From the NCBI GenBank assembly GCA_051942245.1, contig JAVECL010000070.1:1-62836 (forward strand): a stretch of 62,836 bases of DNA, written 5' to 3'. Under the pieces are notes generated by a model. It saw only the letters and a list, made by a program, of their open reading frames with translations, was not told where the DNA came from and ran no database searches. The translations under genes were made by a program, and so were the position numbers. Positions 47,677 to 60,518 of this stretch are shown piece by piece (position 1 is the stretch's first letter; each line of letters starts with the position of its first letter). The DNA is from Trypethelium eluteriae. Taxonomy: Eukaryota.

Positions 47677-50600
47677 ATGGAGACCATGGAGCCTATCGCC
47701 GTTATCGGCTTAGACCTGAAATTTCCTGGGGATGCTACCGATCCTAACTCATTCTTCAACATGCTGATGGCTAAAGGCTCAGCACTGAGGGAGATTCCTA
47801 AGGATAGATTCAATCTGGACGCTTTTTCCCATCCAGATCCCGAACGCGCTGGCACTGTAAGTTCTCAATCTACTAAAGGGTATCCAGGTGAAGGGCCAAT
47901 ATTGGGGGCCTTTCCGACTCCAGTTCTGGAAAATGGAGGATCTTATACATTCTACGCTATACATTCTCCACGAATGTAATACTATGATTCTGTTAATTGG
48001 AATTGCTAAATCATATGCTCTTCTTGATTTCGTCATTTTCAGATCGTATCATTCCCCAATGGTAGCTGGTGGCTTCTTACACCCTCTTTGAACAACATAC
48101 CTTTGTACATTGTTCATTAGACCTTGGGACTGACTCACCGACACAGCTTCACGTCCGTAGCGCACATTTTCTAAAGGAAAATATTGCAGCTTTTGATGCC
48201 CCATTCTTTTCTATCACATCCGCTGAGGCGGCCGGGACGGACCCTCAACAGCGTGGCTTGCTTGAGTCCACGTACCGAGCCCTAGAGAATGGTAAGTGCC
48301 TTTGTTACCCAAAATTTTCAATCGCTGAATTGTATTTCAGCCGGGATGCCCTTGTCCCAGGTAACCGGATCCGATGCTGGAGTTTTCGTTGGATGTTTCA
48401 CTCGCGAGTACGAAGCGATTATGTTCAAAGATCCAGAACTAAACCTTCGATACTCTGCCACTGGCACGGGCACCACTATGCTCGCCAATAGGTTGAGCTA
48501 TTTTTTTGATCTCCACGGTCCCAGCGTCACTTTGGATACCGCCTGCTCGAGCAGTTTGACTGCTTGCCATTTGGCTTGCTCCGCCTTGCGTCAGGGAGAA
48601 TGTTCTTCTGTAAGGCTTTCGCAGATCATTCACCTCGGTAATAATCTAATGGATTTGCGTAGGCTATTGTCGCCGGATGCAACCTTTTCTACAACCCTGA
48701 TACAGTCATCCCGCCAACGAGTCTCGGCTTTCTTTCTCGTGAGGGAAAATGTTTCAGCTTCGATCATCGTGCCAAGGGGTACTCTCACGGAGAGGGTTTC
48801 GGAGTACTTGTATTGAAGCGCTTCAAAGATGCAATTCGCGATGGTGATACGATTCGTGCCGTAATTCGGGGTTCATCTTCAAACCAAGATGGCAAGTCGC
48901 TAGGCATTACTCAGCCAACACCGCAAGCTCAAATGGATCTTATCCGTACTGCGTACAAGAACGCTGGGCTCGGGCTCGAGGACACTCGATACTTTGAGGC
49001 TCATGGCACAGGTACTCCCGTCGGTGATCCCATTGAGGCCAGTGCCATCGGTGGTGTGTTCTCCAAGCACCGTTCCAAAGAGGAGCCAATGTACGTGGGC
49101 GCCCTCAAGACAAATGTGGGCCATTTAGAAGGCTCTGCAGGGATTGCCGGGTTGCTCAAGGCAGTCTTAGTCCTGGAACGGGGGATCATCCCACCAAATA
49201 TCAATTTTGAAAAGCCTAACCCAAAGATTCCCGGTCGATGAGTGGGGTATCAAATTCCCGACTGATGCGTATTCTTGGCCGAATAGAGGGCTCCGCCGTG
49301 CGTCTGTCAACGCTTTTGGGTACGGAGGAAGTAATGCCCACGTGGTTCTGGATGATGCATTGCACTACATGGCTTCTCTTGGACTCACGGGGAAGCATCG
49401 AACGGTAGAATATCCTGTGCAATCAGCTCTAGACGGCGCCAAACAAGCAATCACAGAGGCGTTCACGAATGGTCATACAAATGGTGTTTCAAATGGTCTC
49501 AATTCTGCCCATACAAGCCGTCTTGCATCGTCTCTACCTAGGAAGCGCATCTTCGTCTTCTCTTCCTTTGACGAGGCCGGTGCGGAACGACTTGCTACCA
49601 CTTACGTAGACCATTTGAAGCAGGTCAAACTAGCAAACGGGGAAGAGGACACATACCTGAACGATCTTAGCTTCACCCTATCTTCAAAGCGGAGCATGTT
49701 TCCCTGGGAGTTTAGTGTTGTTGCCGACAACCTGCCTGCATTGACTGAAGCTTTAAAGTCAAAGCCGTCACCCACTCGAGTCGCGGCCGAACCGAAGCTT
49801 GGGCTGGTCTTCACAGGCCAGGGTGCTCAATGGCACGCAATGGGTCGAGAGTTACTTTCGTACCCTGTGTTCGAGCAATCCCTAACAGCAGCAGATAAGT
49901 ATCTCCAAGGGCTTGGCTGTAGCTGATCGCTAATAGAAGAGCTGCTCAAGGAGGAGAGTGCCTCAGCTATTGACAACCCCGCGTACAGTCAGCCAATTTG
50001 CACTGCCCTCCAGATAGCCCTGGTCGAGTTGCTAAAGCACTTTGGTGTTAAATACGCTGCGGTGATAGGTCATTCCTCAGGAGAAATTAGTGCTGCGTAT
50101 GCCACTGGTGCTATCTCTTGCGAGCCAGCGTGGAAGCTATCCTATTTTCGCGGCATCCTCTCCGCCAAGTTGGCTGAAAGATCTGACGGTACCATGTTGG
50201 CGGTCGGCCTTAGTCAGGAAGACGGGATTAGCTATATTGAGAAGACCTTGAGTATCTCAGAAAAAGGTACCATCGTGGTGGCTTGCGTGAATAGTCCCTG
50301 CAACGTTACCGTTAGTGGCAAGAGTTCCAGTATCAAACTTCTCAAAGACGCTCTCGATCGCGAAAGCATCATGAATCGACAACTGCGGGTTGAGAACGCG
50401 TACCATTCTCCGTACATGGAAGCAATCGCCAACGCCTACCGTGATTCTATTAAGGATATTCGTGCTGGTGAAGGAGTAGCAGATGTCAGCTTTTATTCCT
50501 CTCTTACCGGAGCTGTGCTGTCACCGTCAGAATTGCAAGATCCGCAGTATTGGATACAAAACCTTGTTTCGCCTGTCCTTTTCAGCCAGGCGATGACAAG

Positions 50601-53600
50601 TATGTTTTCTGGTACAATGTTAAAGACTAGGAAGCTTCGATCTACTGCCAAAGTGAGTCCTATCACCGAACTACTCGAAGTCGGACCACATGGCGCACTC
50701 CGCGGACCCATCCGTGAGATCAAAGAGAGGAGCACGAAAAAGATCGATGTTGCTTATGAATCGCTCTTGACACGAGGCTCCCCCGCGGATACGACGGCAT
50801 TGAATGCCATCGGATGGCTTCACTGTCATGGACATAGCGTTAAGCTTGGGAATATCAATGAGAATGCAGGGGCCTGTCTGCTTACGGATCTTCCGAGCTA
50901 TCCTTTCAACCACACGCAAAGCTATTGGAATGAAAGCAGACTCAGCAAGGGCTATCGCTTTCGCAGTACTGTGCGCCATGAGCTTCTTGGCGCCCCGGTA
51001 CCAGATTGGAATCCTGCAAATGCTATATGGCGTAATTATATTCGTATTAGTGAAAATCCCTGGGTCAAAGACCATCGGATTACTGGATCAACCATTTATC
51101 CAGCAGCAGGAATGCTTGTCATGGCTATAGAAGCAGCACGACAACTGGCCGACATGAATAGGAAATTAAAGGGTTTTCGCATCCGAGACGCAAAATTCTC
51201 TGTGGCCCTTCGCGTCCCGTTGAATGCCACAGGCATTGAAACCCACTTTTGGCTCCGTCCCTGCCACGAAATTTCAGGCCCATCAGGTCACACCTGGAAT
51301 GAGTTTTATCTCTCGAGTTTTGAGAACGATGAATGGCGAGAGCATTGCCGGGGCTACATTGTGACAGAGTACGAGACTCAGGCGTCCCCGGTTGATGCAG
51401 GTCTCGAAGAGGCTCTGTTCGCAAAGAGTTGTACCGATACGATGAGATCCGTCGAGGATGCAAGCACTCAAGAAGTCTCTTTTAGGCAGATGTACGAGCA
51501 TCTCTCAACGGTCGGACTTGACTTTGGCCCTACGTTTCAGACGTTGGGAAGCATCAGACATGGACACAACCATGAGGCAGTGGCAACCGTTGTCGCTCCA
51601 GATATTGCCGGGAAGATGCCTCGTGGCTATGTTCAGCCGCATTTAGTCCATCCAACCACACTCGATGGTATCCTTCAGAGCATCATCCTTGCATTGACCA
51701 AAGGTGGTCGGGAGGTTACTCAGGTCATGGTTCCGTCTGAGATTCGCGATCTCTGGGTTTCTGCGAGACCCGAAGCGCATTTCCAATCAGTAAGAGTAGC
51801 AATTCAGTCCAAATTTCTCAGTATTCGGCAAGCAGAAGCATCAATCCTCTGCCTTGACAACAAATCTTTGCAACTGACTGCAACTGTGAACGGCTTCCAA
51901 GTCACTCAAGTCGCCAAAAACGAGGGGTCTGAGGAACCTGTACGGGGGCTTTGCTTCTATGTTGACTGGAAGGCCGATCCCAGCTACCTGACCCAAGAGA
52001 CTGCGAATACTCTGACCAAAACCTCTGAGAGCTCTGATGATGTGGCGCGAAGGACAAAAATGATCGAAGATATCGAAAAGCTCTGTTTCCTTTACATCAG
52101 ACGCTACCTCAACGCTCATCCGAATCCCGAAGCCGTCGAAAGTGGTGAGCCTCATCATAAGAGATATGTGGAATGGATGAAATATCAGGCGAAGCGTTTC
52201 GAGCTGGGTGAGATTCCTCATAGCCAACCCGCGTGGTTTGATCAAGCCAAGGACGATGGGCATATTGCCGCCATGGAGGAGCGCCTCGAGAACTCTTCGG
52301 CAGAAGGGAAACTCTGTGTTGCAATTGGACGTGCCCTTCCAGATATTCTCGCTGGGAAACAGGACGCTCTCGCGCTGATGTTCAACGACAAGCTCGTGGA
52401 AAATGTATATCGGTACAGTGCCGGAGCTGAAATCGGATACGAGAAAATGAACAAGTATATTGACGCTTTAGCGCACCAAAATCCAGCCTTGGAGATCCTG
52501 GAGGTTGGCGCTGGAACCGGAGGCGCCACAAAGCCTGTTTTGCAGTGTCTTACCTCTCAAAGCAATAACGAGAAGGCTACTCCCCGCTTTTCTCGATATG
52601 ACTTCACCGATATTTCTATCGGCTTCTTTGAGAAGGCCAAGGAAGTGTTTGCAGAAACCGCAGACCGGATGAATTTCCGTGCCTTAAATATCGAAGGTGA
52701 TCTTACGCAACAGGGTTTCGACAAGGAGCAGTACGACGTTATCCTCGCCGCCAACGTTGTGCACGCCACAAAAAATCTGGAAGCGACGTTGTCCAATGTG
52801 CGCAAGATGATGAAGCCTGGTGGGAAGCTCATACTGTACGAAATGACGAACACGCAATTGATTCGTACTGGGTTGGCCTTTGGCCTTCTTCCTGGTTGGT
52901 GGCTTTCCAACGAGGACTTTCGCTACTGGGGCCCGCTTACAAGTCCGAAAGACTGGTCTGGGGCGCTGAAGAAGAGCGGCTTCTCAGGTGTCGTTATTGG
53001 CCTTTTCGACTTTCCCGACGAAAGGTCACAACTTGTCAGTGTGCTAATTGCTACAGCCCCGGGGGCAGACACCACCGGTACTGTTCCAGATGACAACCTT
53101 ACAATTATCCTGGAGAAGGAATCCAAGTTGCAGAGTGATATTGCCGCCTCTTTTCAGGCAATGCTCAAGGAGCGAAGCGGGCTGGAGGCGTCGCTAATCA
53201 GTGTGGATGAAATCATAAAAACCGACCTGAGCAAGAGTCTCTGCTTCTTGCTTCCTGATGTGGAAACTCCGCTCCTCGAAAATCTGGAGGAGAAGACTCA
53301 CAAAGCACTTCAAAAGCTGACCCATTCTGCCAAAAGCTTACTGTGGCTGACTCAAGGTGGTGGTCCAAGTCCACGAAACGCAAAGGCAGACCTTGTCACC
53401 GGCTTTGCTAGAACAATTCGTGCAGAGAACCCGATGATGAAGTTTGTCACGCTCTCGCTTGACGACATCACCTCTCCTGTGCTGGCAGCGGAGACCACAT
53501 GGAAGGTAGTCAATACTTGCTTCAAGAAAGACCGGGTTCAAAGTTCGGAGAATACTCTATACGAAAAGGACGGTGTCATCTGTATCGGACGCCTCACCGA

Positions 53601-55972
53601 GGCCAAGGGTATGAATGAAGCCATCGCTGCCCGGAGCACGACTCAAAAGCCGGTGAAAGAACCGCTTGATGTTGGCCGTCCACTTACTCTTTCTATTGGG
53701 GTGTCTGGATTACTTGATACTCTCCAATTCCAAGACGACCTACAATATGATCAAGCGCTCCGCGCGGAAGAGGTCGAGGTTGAAATAAAGGCCACGGGCC
53801 TCAACCTTTTGGATACTCTGATTGCGCTCGGTCAAGTCCAGGGTAGGGCATTTGGCCATGAAGGTGCTGGTGTCGTCAGCAGAGCCGGGAATAGCTCTCC
53901 TTTCAGGCCCGGTGACCGCGTCTGCGGTCCAGCTCGAGGAACTTTCGACACATTTACCAGGTCTTCATCTCACAACTGGTCAAAGATACCAGACAACTTG
54001 TCTTTCACATCGGCTGCGGCCATCCCAATTGTCTACGGGACAGCCTATCATGCTCTATATGACGTTGCCAGAGTCCAGAAAGGAGAGACCGTCCTGGTCC
54101 ACTGGGGTGCAGGTGGCGTGGGCCAGGCAGCGATCCAGATTGCAAGTCTAGCTGGTGCAACTCTTATCGTCACCGTCGGATCCCTAGAGAAGCGCGACTT
54201 TATTCGTGACACATATGGCATCCCTGAGAGCAATATTCTAGCCAGCCATGACCTCTCTTTTGCTCAAGGAGTAATGCGCTTAACCAAAGGTCGTGGCGTA
54301 GACATCGTGATCAATTCCATGTCCGGTCAGGGTCTCAGGAGTAGTTGGGAGTGCATCGCGCAATTTGGGCGCTTTGTGGAAATTGGAAAGCTTGACATTT
54401 ATAACTCGAACTCGCCTCCGATGCGTCCTTTCAAGAAGAACGTGACGTTCGCCTTCATCGATGTGGGCTTAATGGCGGACGAGAACGGACCTGTCTTCAA
54501 TCGTGTCCTTAGAGAGGTGCTTCAACTTGCGCGTGCTGGCCAAATCACTGAGCCCAAACCTTTGCACGTTTTCTCCTATAGTCAGATTCAAGAAGCTTTC
54601 CGCACCATGCAGACAGGATCACATATAGGGAAATTCGTGTTCGAACCCCACAAGGATGATATTGTGCCAGTGAGTATTCGTGGAAATAAAGGGCTTGGCA
54701 AGTCCGCTAACAATAAAATAGATCGTTCCATCATCCAAACCAAGCTACGACTTTGAAGCCAATGCCACATATCTCATCACTGGCGGAATGGGTGGTCTCG
54801 GTCGAAGTATGGCCAAGTGGATGGCTTCCCGAGGTGCAAGAAACCTTATTCTTCTCTCCAGATCTGGTGTCGACCACCCGGCAGCGAAGGACTTGCTGGC
54901 AGAGATGGATGCTGTCGGAGTTACCGTGGCGACTCCAAAATGCGATGTCTCCAAAAGGGCTTTACTGCAAACTACCTTGACTGACTGTCTGAAGCGCATG
55001 CCTCCGATTAAAGGTGCCATACTTGGTGCGATGGCTCTCAAGGTATATACAGGCTTTCTAGATTGAGAAACTCGTTTAGGTCCGCTTTCGCTGACAAAGT
55101 AATAGGATAGCACTTACGAAAATATGTCAATTCGGGATTACCACACTGCCGTCGCTCCGAAGGTGTACGGATCGTGGAATGTCCACGATCTGCTGCCCAA
55201 GGATCTTGATTTCTTCATTTTGCTTTCCTCGGCGGCTGGGGTCGTGGGCAACTTTGGTCAAAGTAATTATTGCGTCGGCAACACATATCAAGACGCGCTT
55301 GCCCGTTTCCGGGTGGCACAGGGGCTCAAAGCCACGTCCATCGATCTTGGCATGATCCTTTCCGTGGGTTTTACGGCAGAAAACCAGGACACGATGGCAC
55401 ATCTCCGTCAGTCCGGCTTCAACGCCATGCGCGAAAGCGAGTTCTTGGCCATGCTCGATGCTCTTTGCAACCCAAATCGCCCTCCTCCCAATGCTCTCGG
55501 CTCGCAGATTGCTCTCGGTCTCGAGGCTCCGGAGACGTTGCGCGTTAAAGGTATCGACGAGCCACCCTGGATGAAAGATCCACTATTCAAACAGCTTTTC
55601 CAGATTCGCACTGAAACCGGCAGAGGGAGTGACACCGACAAGGATGCCGTACAGTATGGTGCCATGCTATCCACCTGCACAACCGAGGACGAAGCCATCA
55701 ATGTAGTGACGGACGCGATAGTGCAGAAATTGTGCAAAGCGCTTTCTACAACAGCGCGTGAAATTGACATCAACAAACCACCGCATGCTTACGGTGTTGA
55801 TTCACTCGTCGCTGTCGAGTTGCGTACGTGGCTTGCGAAAGAAATCGCGGCCGAGGTTGCAGTCTTTGACATCATGGGTGGTTCTAGCTTACAGCAATTG
55901 GCCGTGTTGGCGGCGAAGAGGAGCAGCTTTGTCAAGATTGTCTCTGAGGACGAGAAGCCGATAGATGGTTAG
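47677..55972 (+). pseudogene. Highly reducing iterative type I PKS (KS-AT-DH-cMT-ER-KR-ACP) with a frameshift and a premature stop
   Basis: KS: DTACSS, EAHGTGT, GHLEG. AT: GHSSGE, AYHS. DH: DHRITGSTIYPAAG, HPTTLD. MT: LEVGAGTGG. ER: VHWGAGGVGQA. KR: TGGMGGLG, QSNY. ACP: GVDSLVAVELR. One extra base at 49230-49234 and an in-frame TGA at 49924-49926. Five introns with donors near 47857, 48292, 48610, 54670 and 55043. Confidence 0.9.
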
Positions 55973-56514
55973 GCTCAAGCAAAGCTGATGTAGGCGGAAT
56001 TCGGGTCGTGGGTATCCAAGGAGAAGTCGCGCCTGATTGATTGTTGTGGGAGAGTTGGTCAATCTTGTAATTGGCGAGTTTAGCCTGCCTTAGATAATCA
56101 CCACATCCTATTGGGCTAGATTAGGGGGTTTCTAATTAGACTCCACAGCTAGGTACTGTAGATAGAAGACAATGACTATGCGGCAAGGTAATGTGCCGCT
56201 ACAACTCTCAGATACTCTCGCCTAAGGTAATTAGTGTGTAGCAAGAGATTTTCCCTGGCGTTGGCCGTGAGGTTGAGTACAACAGTACCAAATTTACTCT
56301 ACAAGTAAGATGTATTGACCTGAGGTGCGAAAATACGGCAGTTCTCTGACCGAGGTTAAATGTCATTACATTGCATAATAGCAGAAACGATTGTGGAGTG
56401 GTATTTTCGTTGACCTTACTTTTACCACATGAGCCCGCTCGATACATCCATGGTTTCGGAGGCAGCTTCTTGTAGAGTACTCAGCAGCAACGCTTATTTG
56501 CCCGATCAAGCGAT

Positions 56515-57173
56515 ATGGCGCGATTTCCGGTAATTGCCTCCGATGAGTCCATGCCTTCACGGCAGCTCATTGAAAAGGAAGCCGACACTCTGCTCTCACG
56601 AGCTCCCTATCTGGAATACAAGGATGCTGAGGGTAATTATCTCGGCCCTTTTGCAAGTCTCATGTACGCAAGTACTCCCACCCTCGGATAGGTCGCTGAG
56701 CCGCGAGATGCAGATACACGCCGGATATCATCGAGGCTTATTTTCAGTGTGCTTTCGCCGTGGGAAAACAAGAGCGGTTTACTCCACGAGAGCGGGAGCT
56801 TTGCGTCCTCGCCGTGCTTGCCGTATACGACGCACCGTATCCGCTCTACATACATTCTGAGGTTGCAGTGAAATGTGGCATCTCAGCGAGTGAAGTTCAG
56901 CAGGCCGTGAACGGGAAGACTCCGGATGGTCTCGAGAAGGTTGAGGCTATAATCTACAATTTTTCCCTTAACTTGGCGCAGTCACGGTCCCCGTTGGATG
57001 CTGCGACATTTGAAGAAGCAAGAAACGTTCTAGGTCGAGAAAGAGTCGCAGGACTGGCCCAGCTAGTCTGCGCTTATGTACAGGTGTCTATTCTGTCCAA
57101 TATTGACGGTGGTAAGATTCCAGCACGGAAGGAAGGTGTATTCTTCGCCTCCAAAGATACAAAATCTAAATAG
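56515..57173 (+). CDS. AhpD/carboxymuconolactone decarboxylase-like protein
   Basis: Spliced MARFPVI..GNYLGPFASLI|YTPD..FTPRERELCVLAVLAVYDAPYPLYIHSEVAVKCGIS (intron 56664-56713). The RERELxxL..Y...H..A...G pattern is typical of CMD/AhpD-like folds. Confidence 0.75.
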
Positions 57174-58642
57174 ATGAGCCAAGTATATATTGGCTCTTTT
57201 CGTCGTTTCCTTTAACGATGCGACTGTCTTGCTGCGATGGCGAGCCTGGCGATGGCGGGAAAGTCCCCACTGGAGGTTCCAGATATTAAAACGTGGATCT
57301 CATGTGCATTCATAACATTGTGTTTGCGGAGGTCAGAAACTCGCCGAATGCATTGTACAGGCCAGTGACAGACCTAGCCGGTAACGGTGAAACAAGCCTC
57401 TTTTCAAGGCAGACTGCAAAGGAGCAGCGGTCTGGGCAGAACGTTTCTCGGATGACGAGATGTCTCTGAAAATGGCATCACAGCCACATACGAGATCAAT
57501 TAAATCTTGAAACATTTGTCTCATAGCATCGAACCTTTGTATGGTTGCCGCCGTACCTACTCCGTAGATATGTCTCATTCCATCACTCTACGTACCTTCG
57601 AGACACGCATGGTCCTGCCGTGTACTTTGCAATTCCTCAGCTGCAATGGCAGCCCAAAAAGGGCATCGGTGGAAAGGTCTGTGGGTCGGCGGTGTGCATA
57701 CACTCCGTTACCCCCAAGCACCCAAGAACTGGCTGCCTAATTGTCCGGTGGTTTCCGTCGGTTCTTTTGATGGCTGAGGCTCCAACATCTCCGGGCACGC
57801 GAGATTCAACCAATTGACGCTCCATGACCCGGTCCCACATGGTCGGGGCGGGGATGCAGGTGCCGCTTCAGCGCTCAGACCAGGTAAACATCAACGCCAT
57901 GACCTCATCTTGCCCCTGCGGCTCGTAAAACGGCCTCCCCTGTCAAGACCGATAACTTTAAATTGGTTAAAAACAAATTACTGTCTGTAATCTCACCGGA
58001 ACAGAAAAAGAGATATGATAACGGTTTCATCCGTTCACAGTTGGAGTGCTTGCTGACACTGGCGTCGATGTCAACAGTGTCAATGGCCTTCTCAAATTTC
58101 GGGGAAGGCGATTCGAGCAACCACGCGATGATGCAGTTTGGAAAACGTTCAAGCATGACATACAACCGACAGAGAGAGCTTCCCCCGCGTTGATCTCCAT
58201 GTCCATGCCCTGCGCCTAAGCCTTGGCGTATCAAGCATACCTGCCGCGACGGGCCTAGTTTATGAGGGTAACAAGGCATCTTATCGAGATTTCTATGACC
58301 TTCAACCCACTATTCTTACCGGGACCCTCTCTATGATGCAGCAGTGCAGGATGTTGCCTGCGTCATTCCGTCAATGTCCAAGAGCACTAGGCCTTTGTGA
58401 TTCAAGGACCTGCTCCTCCTGGTAAGCGACAGGGAATTGAACCATTCGGGAAAAAAATTTGGGGGAGCACAACGAGGGAGCTCAGATCCAGGCACACATT
58501 GTCCAGCTACATAACGGGTGCCTGCCCCAGATCTCTGTTTGTAGCTTACCCTGTCACTCGTCGTGTTTCGTTTTCTTCAATTTCTCCTTACTTTTGATAC
58601 TACCCTGGTCTTCCGAGATTTCTTGGATTGCGAGAACTCAAG

Positions 58643-60518
58643 ATGATGGGGAAGTTTGTAAATGTGGCAGTAGCTACCGGGCTGCTTGCCGCCACAAGTA
58701 CTTCTGGCTTCATGGGCACGTCTCTGAAGTCTAGGTTAACTGCTCGTCAATTACCTGCGGGCACCACAAATGTCACCACAATAGATGCGCCCAACGGAGC
58801 GAAGATCCACTACAAAGAACCGGGTAAAGCCGGTGTCTGCGAGACTACTCCCGGTGTAAACTCATATTGTATGTGCTCGACAATACTCCTCACGTTGGTC
58901 GGAATCCATTCTAATGCATCTTGAAGCTGGATATATTGAGATTGCTCCCAATTCGAGTACTTTCTTCTGGTTCTTCGAGTCTCGACGTGATCCGGCAAAC
59001 GACCCCTTGACGCTGTGGCTCAATGGTGGACCTGGCTCTGACTCTCTTATTGGACTATTCCAAGGCAAGTTCTGCTCTTTACTGCCACAAAATTACAAGG
59101 CCTAATTTGTGGCAGAATTGGGACCTTGCAACGTGACGGAAAACCTGACCACCGAGGTCAACCCATACGCTTGGAATGAGGTCTCAAACTTGCTATTTCT
59201 GTCACAGCCTGTCGGAACTGGATTCTCGTATTCTACTGAGGAAGTCGGAACTCTGAACAACTTCACCGGTGTATTTGAACCTGACACGCTTGGATCTGAC
59301 TATGGTCGGTGGCCTGTAATTGATCCAACTGTTTTGGATACCACAGACTTGGCAGCCGTTGCTGCGTACCATGTCTTACAAGGTTTCCTCAGCGCTCTAC
59401 CGCAGCTGGATAACGGCATCGATCAATCGAAAGAATTCAATCTTTGGACGGAGTCATATGGCGGCCACTACGGACCGGCGTTTTTCAACTACTTCTATGA
59501 TCAAAACCAGGCTATTGCCAACGGATCTGCATCGGCCATTCACCTTAATTTCAACACGCTGGGTATTGGCAATGGGATCATTGATGAATACATACAAGCT
59601 CCGTATTATCCTGAGTTCGCAGTGAACAATACCTACGGCATCAAAGCATACAATGACACCGTCTACAATTATGCCATTTTTGCTGCATACATGGACAATG
59701 GCTGCTTGGCTCAAGTTGCTGGCTGCCGACAAGTAGACCATAGTACACTTTCCGGACAGGCTGTCTGCACCGAGGCGGAAAACTTGTGTCGAGACAACGT
59801 TGAGGGCCCGTATTACGCATATGGTGGTCGTGGCACTTATGACATTCGACACCCATCGGATGATCCAACACCCCCAACCTACTTCGAGGATTACCTCAAT
59901 CAAGGCTATGTCCAAGACGCCCTTGGAGTCGACCTCAATTATACCGACGCCAATGATGCTATTTACTGGGCTTTCCAGCAGACCGGCGACTTCGTCTACA
60001 ATAATTTTATCCAGGATTTGGAAATGATTTTGGACAATGGTGTGAGTGTTAGTCTGTATAATGGTGATGCCGACTACATTTGCAACTGGTTCGGAGGCCA
60101 GGCCATATCCCTAGCCGTCAATTATACGCATAAGGCCGAATTTGCCGCAGCTGGCTACCAGCCATTGATGGTGGACGGTGTCGAGTACGGTGAAGTTCGC
60201 CAGTACGGAAACTTCTCCTTCTCTCGCGTGTATGAAGCTGGTCATGAAGTCCCATTCTATCAACGTGAGTTATTTCTTCCAATCCTTGAGTTGAGAGTCG
60301 CTAATCAATTTGTAGCGCTTGCTTCACTTGCTCTCTTCAACCGAACTATCAACCATTTCGACGTTGCAACCGGCGAACAAGTTGTGACAGGAACGTTGAG
60401 CTCGACCGGAACAGCAAATGCAACACATACTGAATCATATGTACCACTACCGACATCCACTGGTGCTGACTCAAGTTCGTCCGCTGTGCCAGTCATCCGT
60501 GGGTGGAAGAGGAACTAG
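58643..60518 (+). CDS. Secreted serine carboxypeptidase (peptidase S10)
   Basis: Signal peptide, [39 protein letters not shown] (Ser), GDADYICN (Asp), EAGHEVP (His). Three introns, one of them GC-AG. Confidence 0.95.

Larger units (their letters stand above)
41691..57173. other. Secondary-metabolite gene cluster (MFS, UGT, serine hydrolase, HR-PKS, CMD-like)
   Basis: Five contiguous genes of biosynthesis/export type: two divergent pairs plus a downstream gene. Flanked by TOM1 on the left and by the carboxypeptidase and VMA2 on the right. Confidence 0.8.

Noticed and set aside
49215..49227. CCTAAC..AAG as a branch point and acceptor explaining the PKS frameshift
   Set aside because: These bases encode the conserved KPNPKIP segment and no suitable upstream donor preserves the KS C-terminus.
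49920..49930. PKS TGA rescued by A-to-I editing or stop readthrough
   Set aside because: Fungal restorative editing mostly targets UAG with U at -1, and here the base before A is G. The upstream frameshift would terminate translation first anyway.
47677..55972. RIP as the cause of PKS decay
   Set aside because: No visible AT or TpA enrichment, only one nonsense change (not in a CpA context), and apparent substitutions go in both directions.
57300..58600. Short ORFs between the CMD-like gene and the carboxypeptidase as a gene or transposon relic
   Set aside because: No recognisable domain, terminal repeats or target-site duplication.
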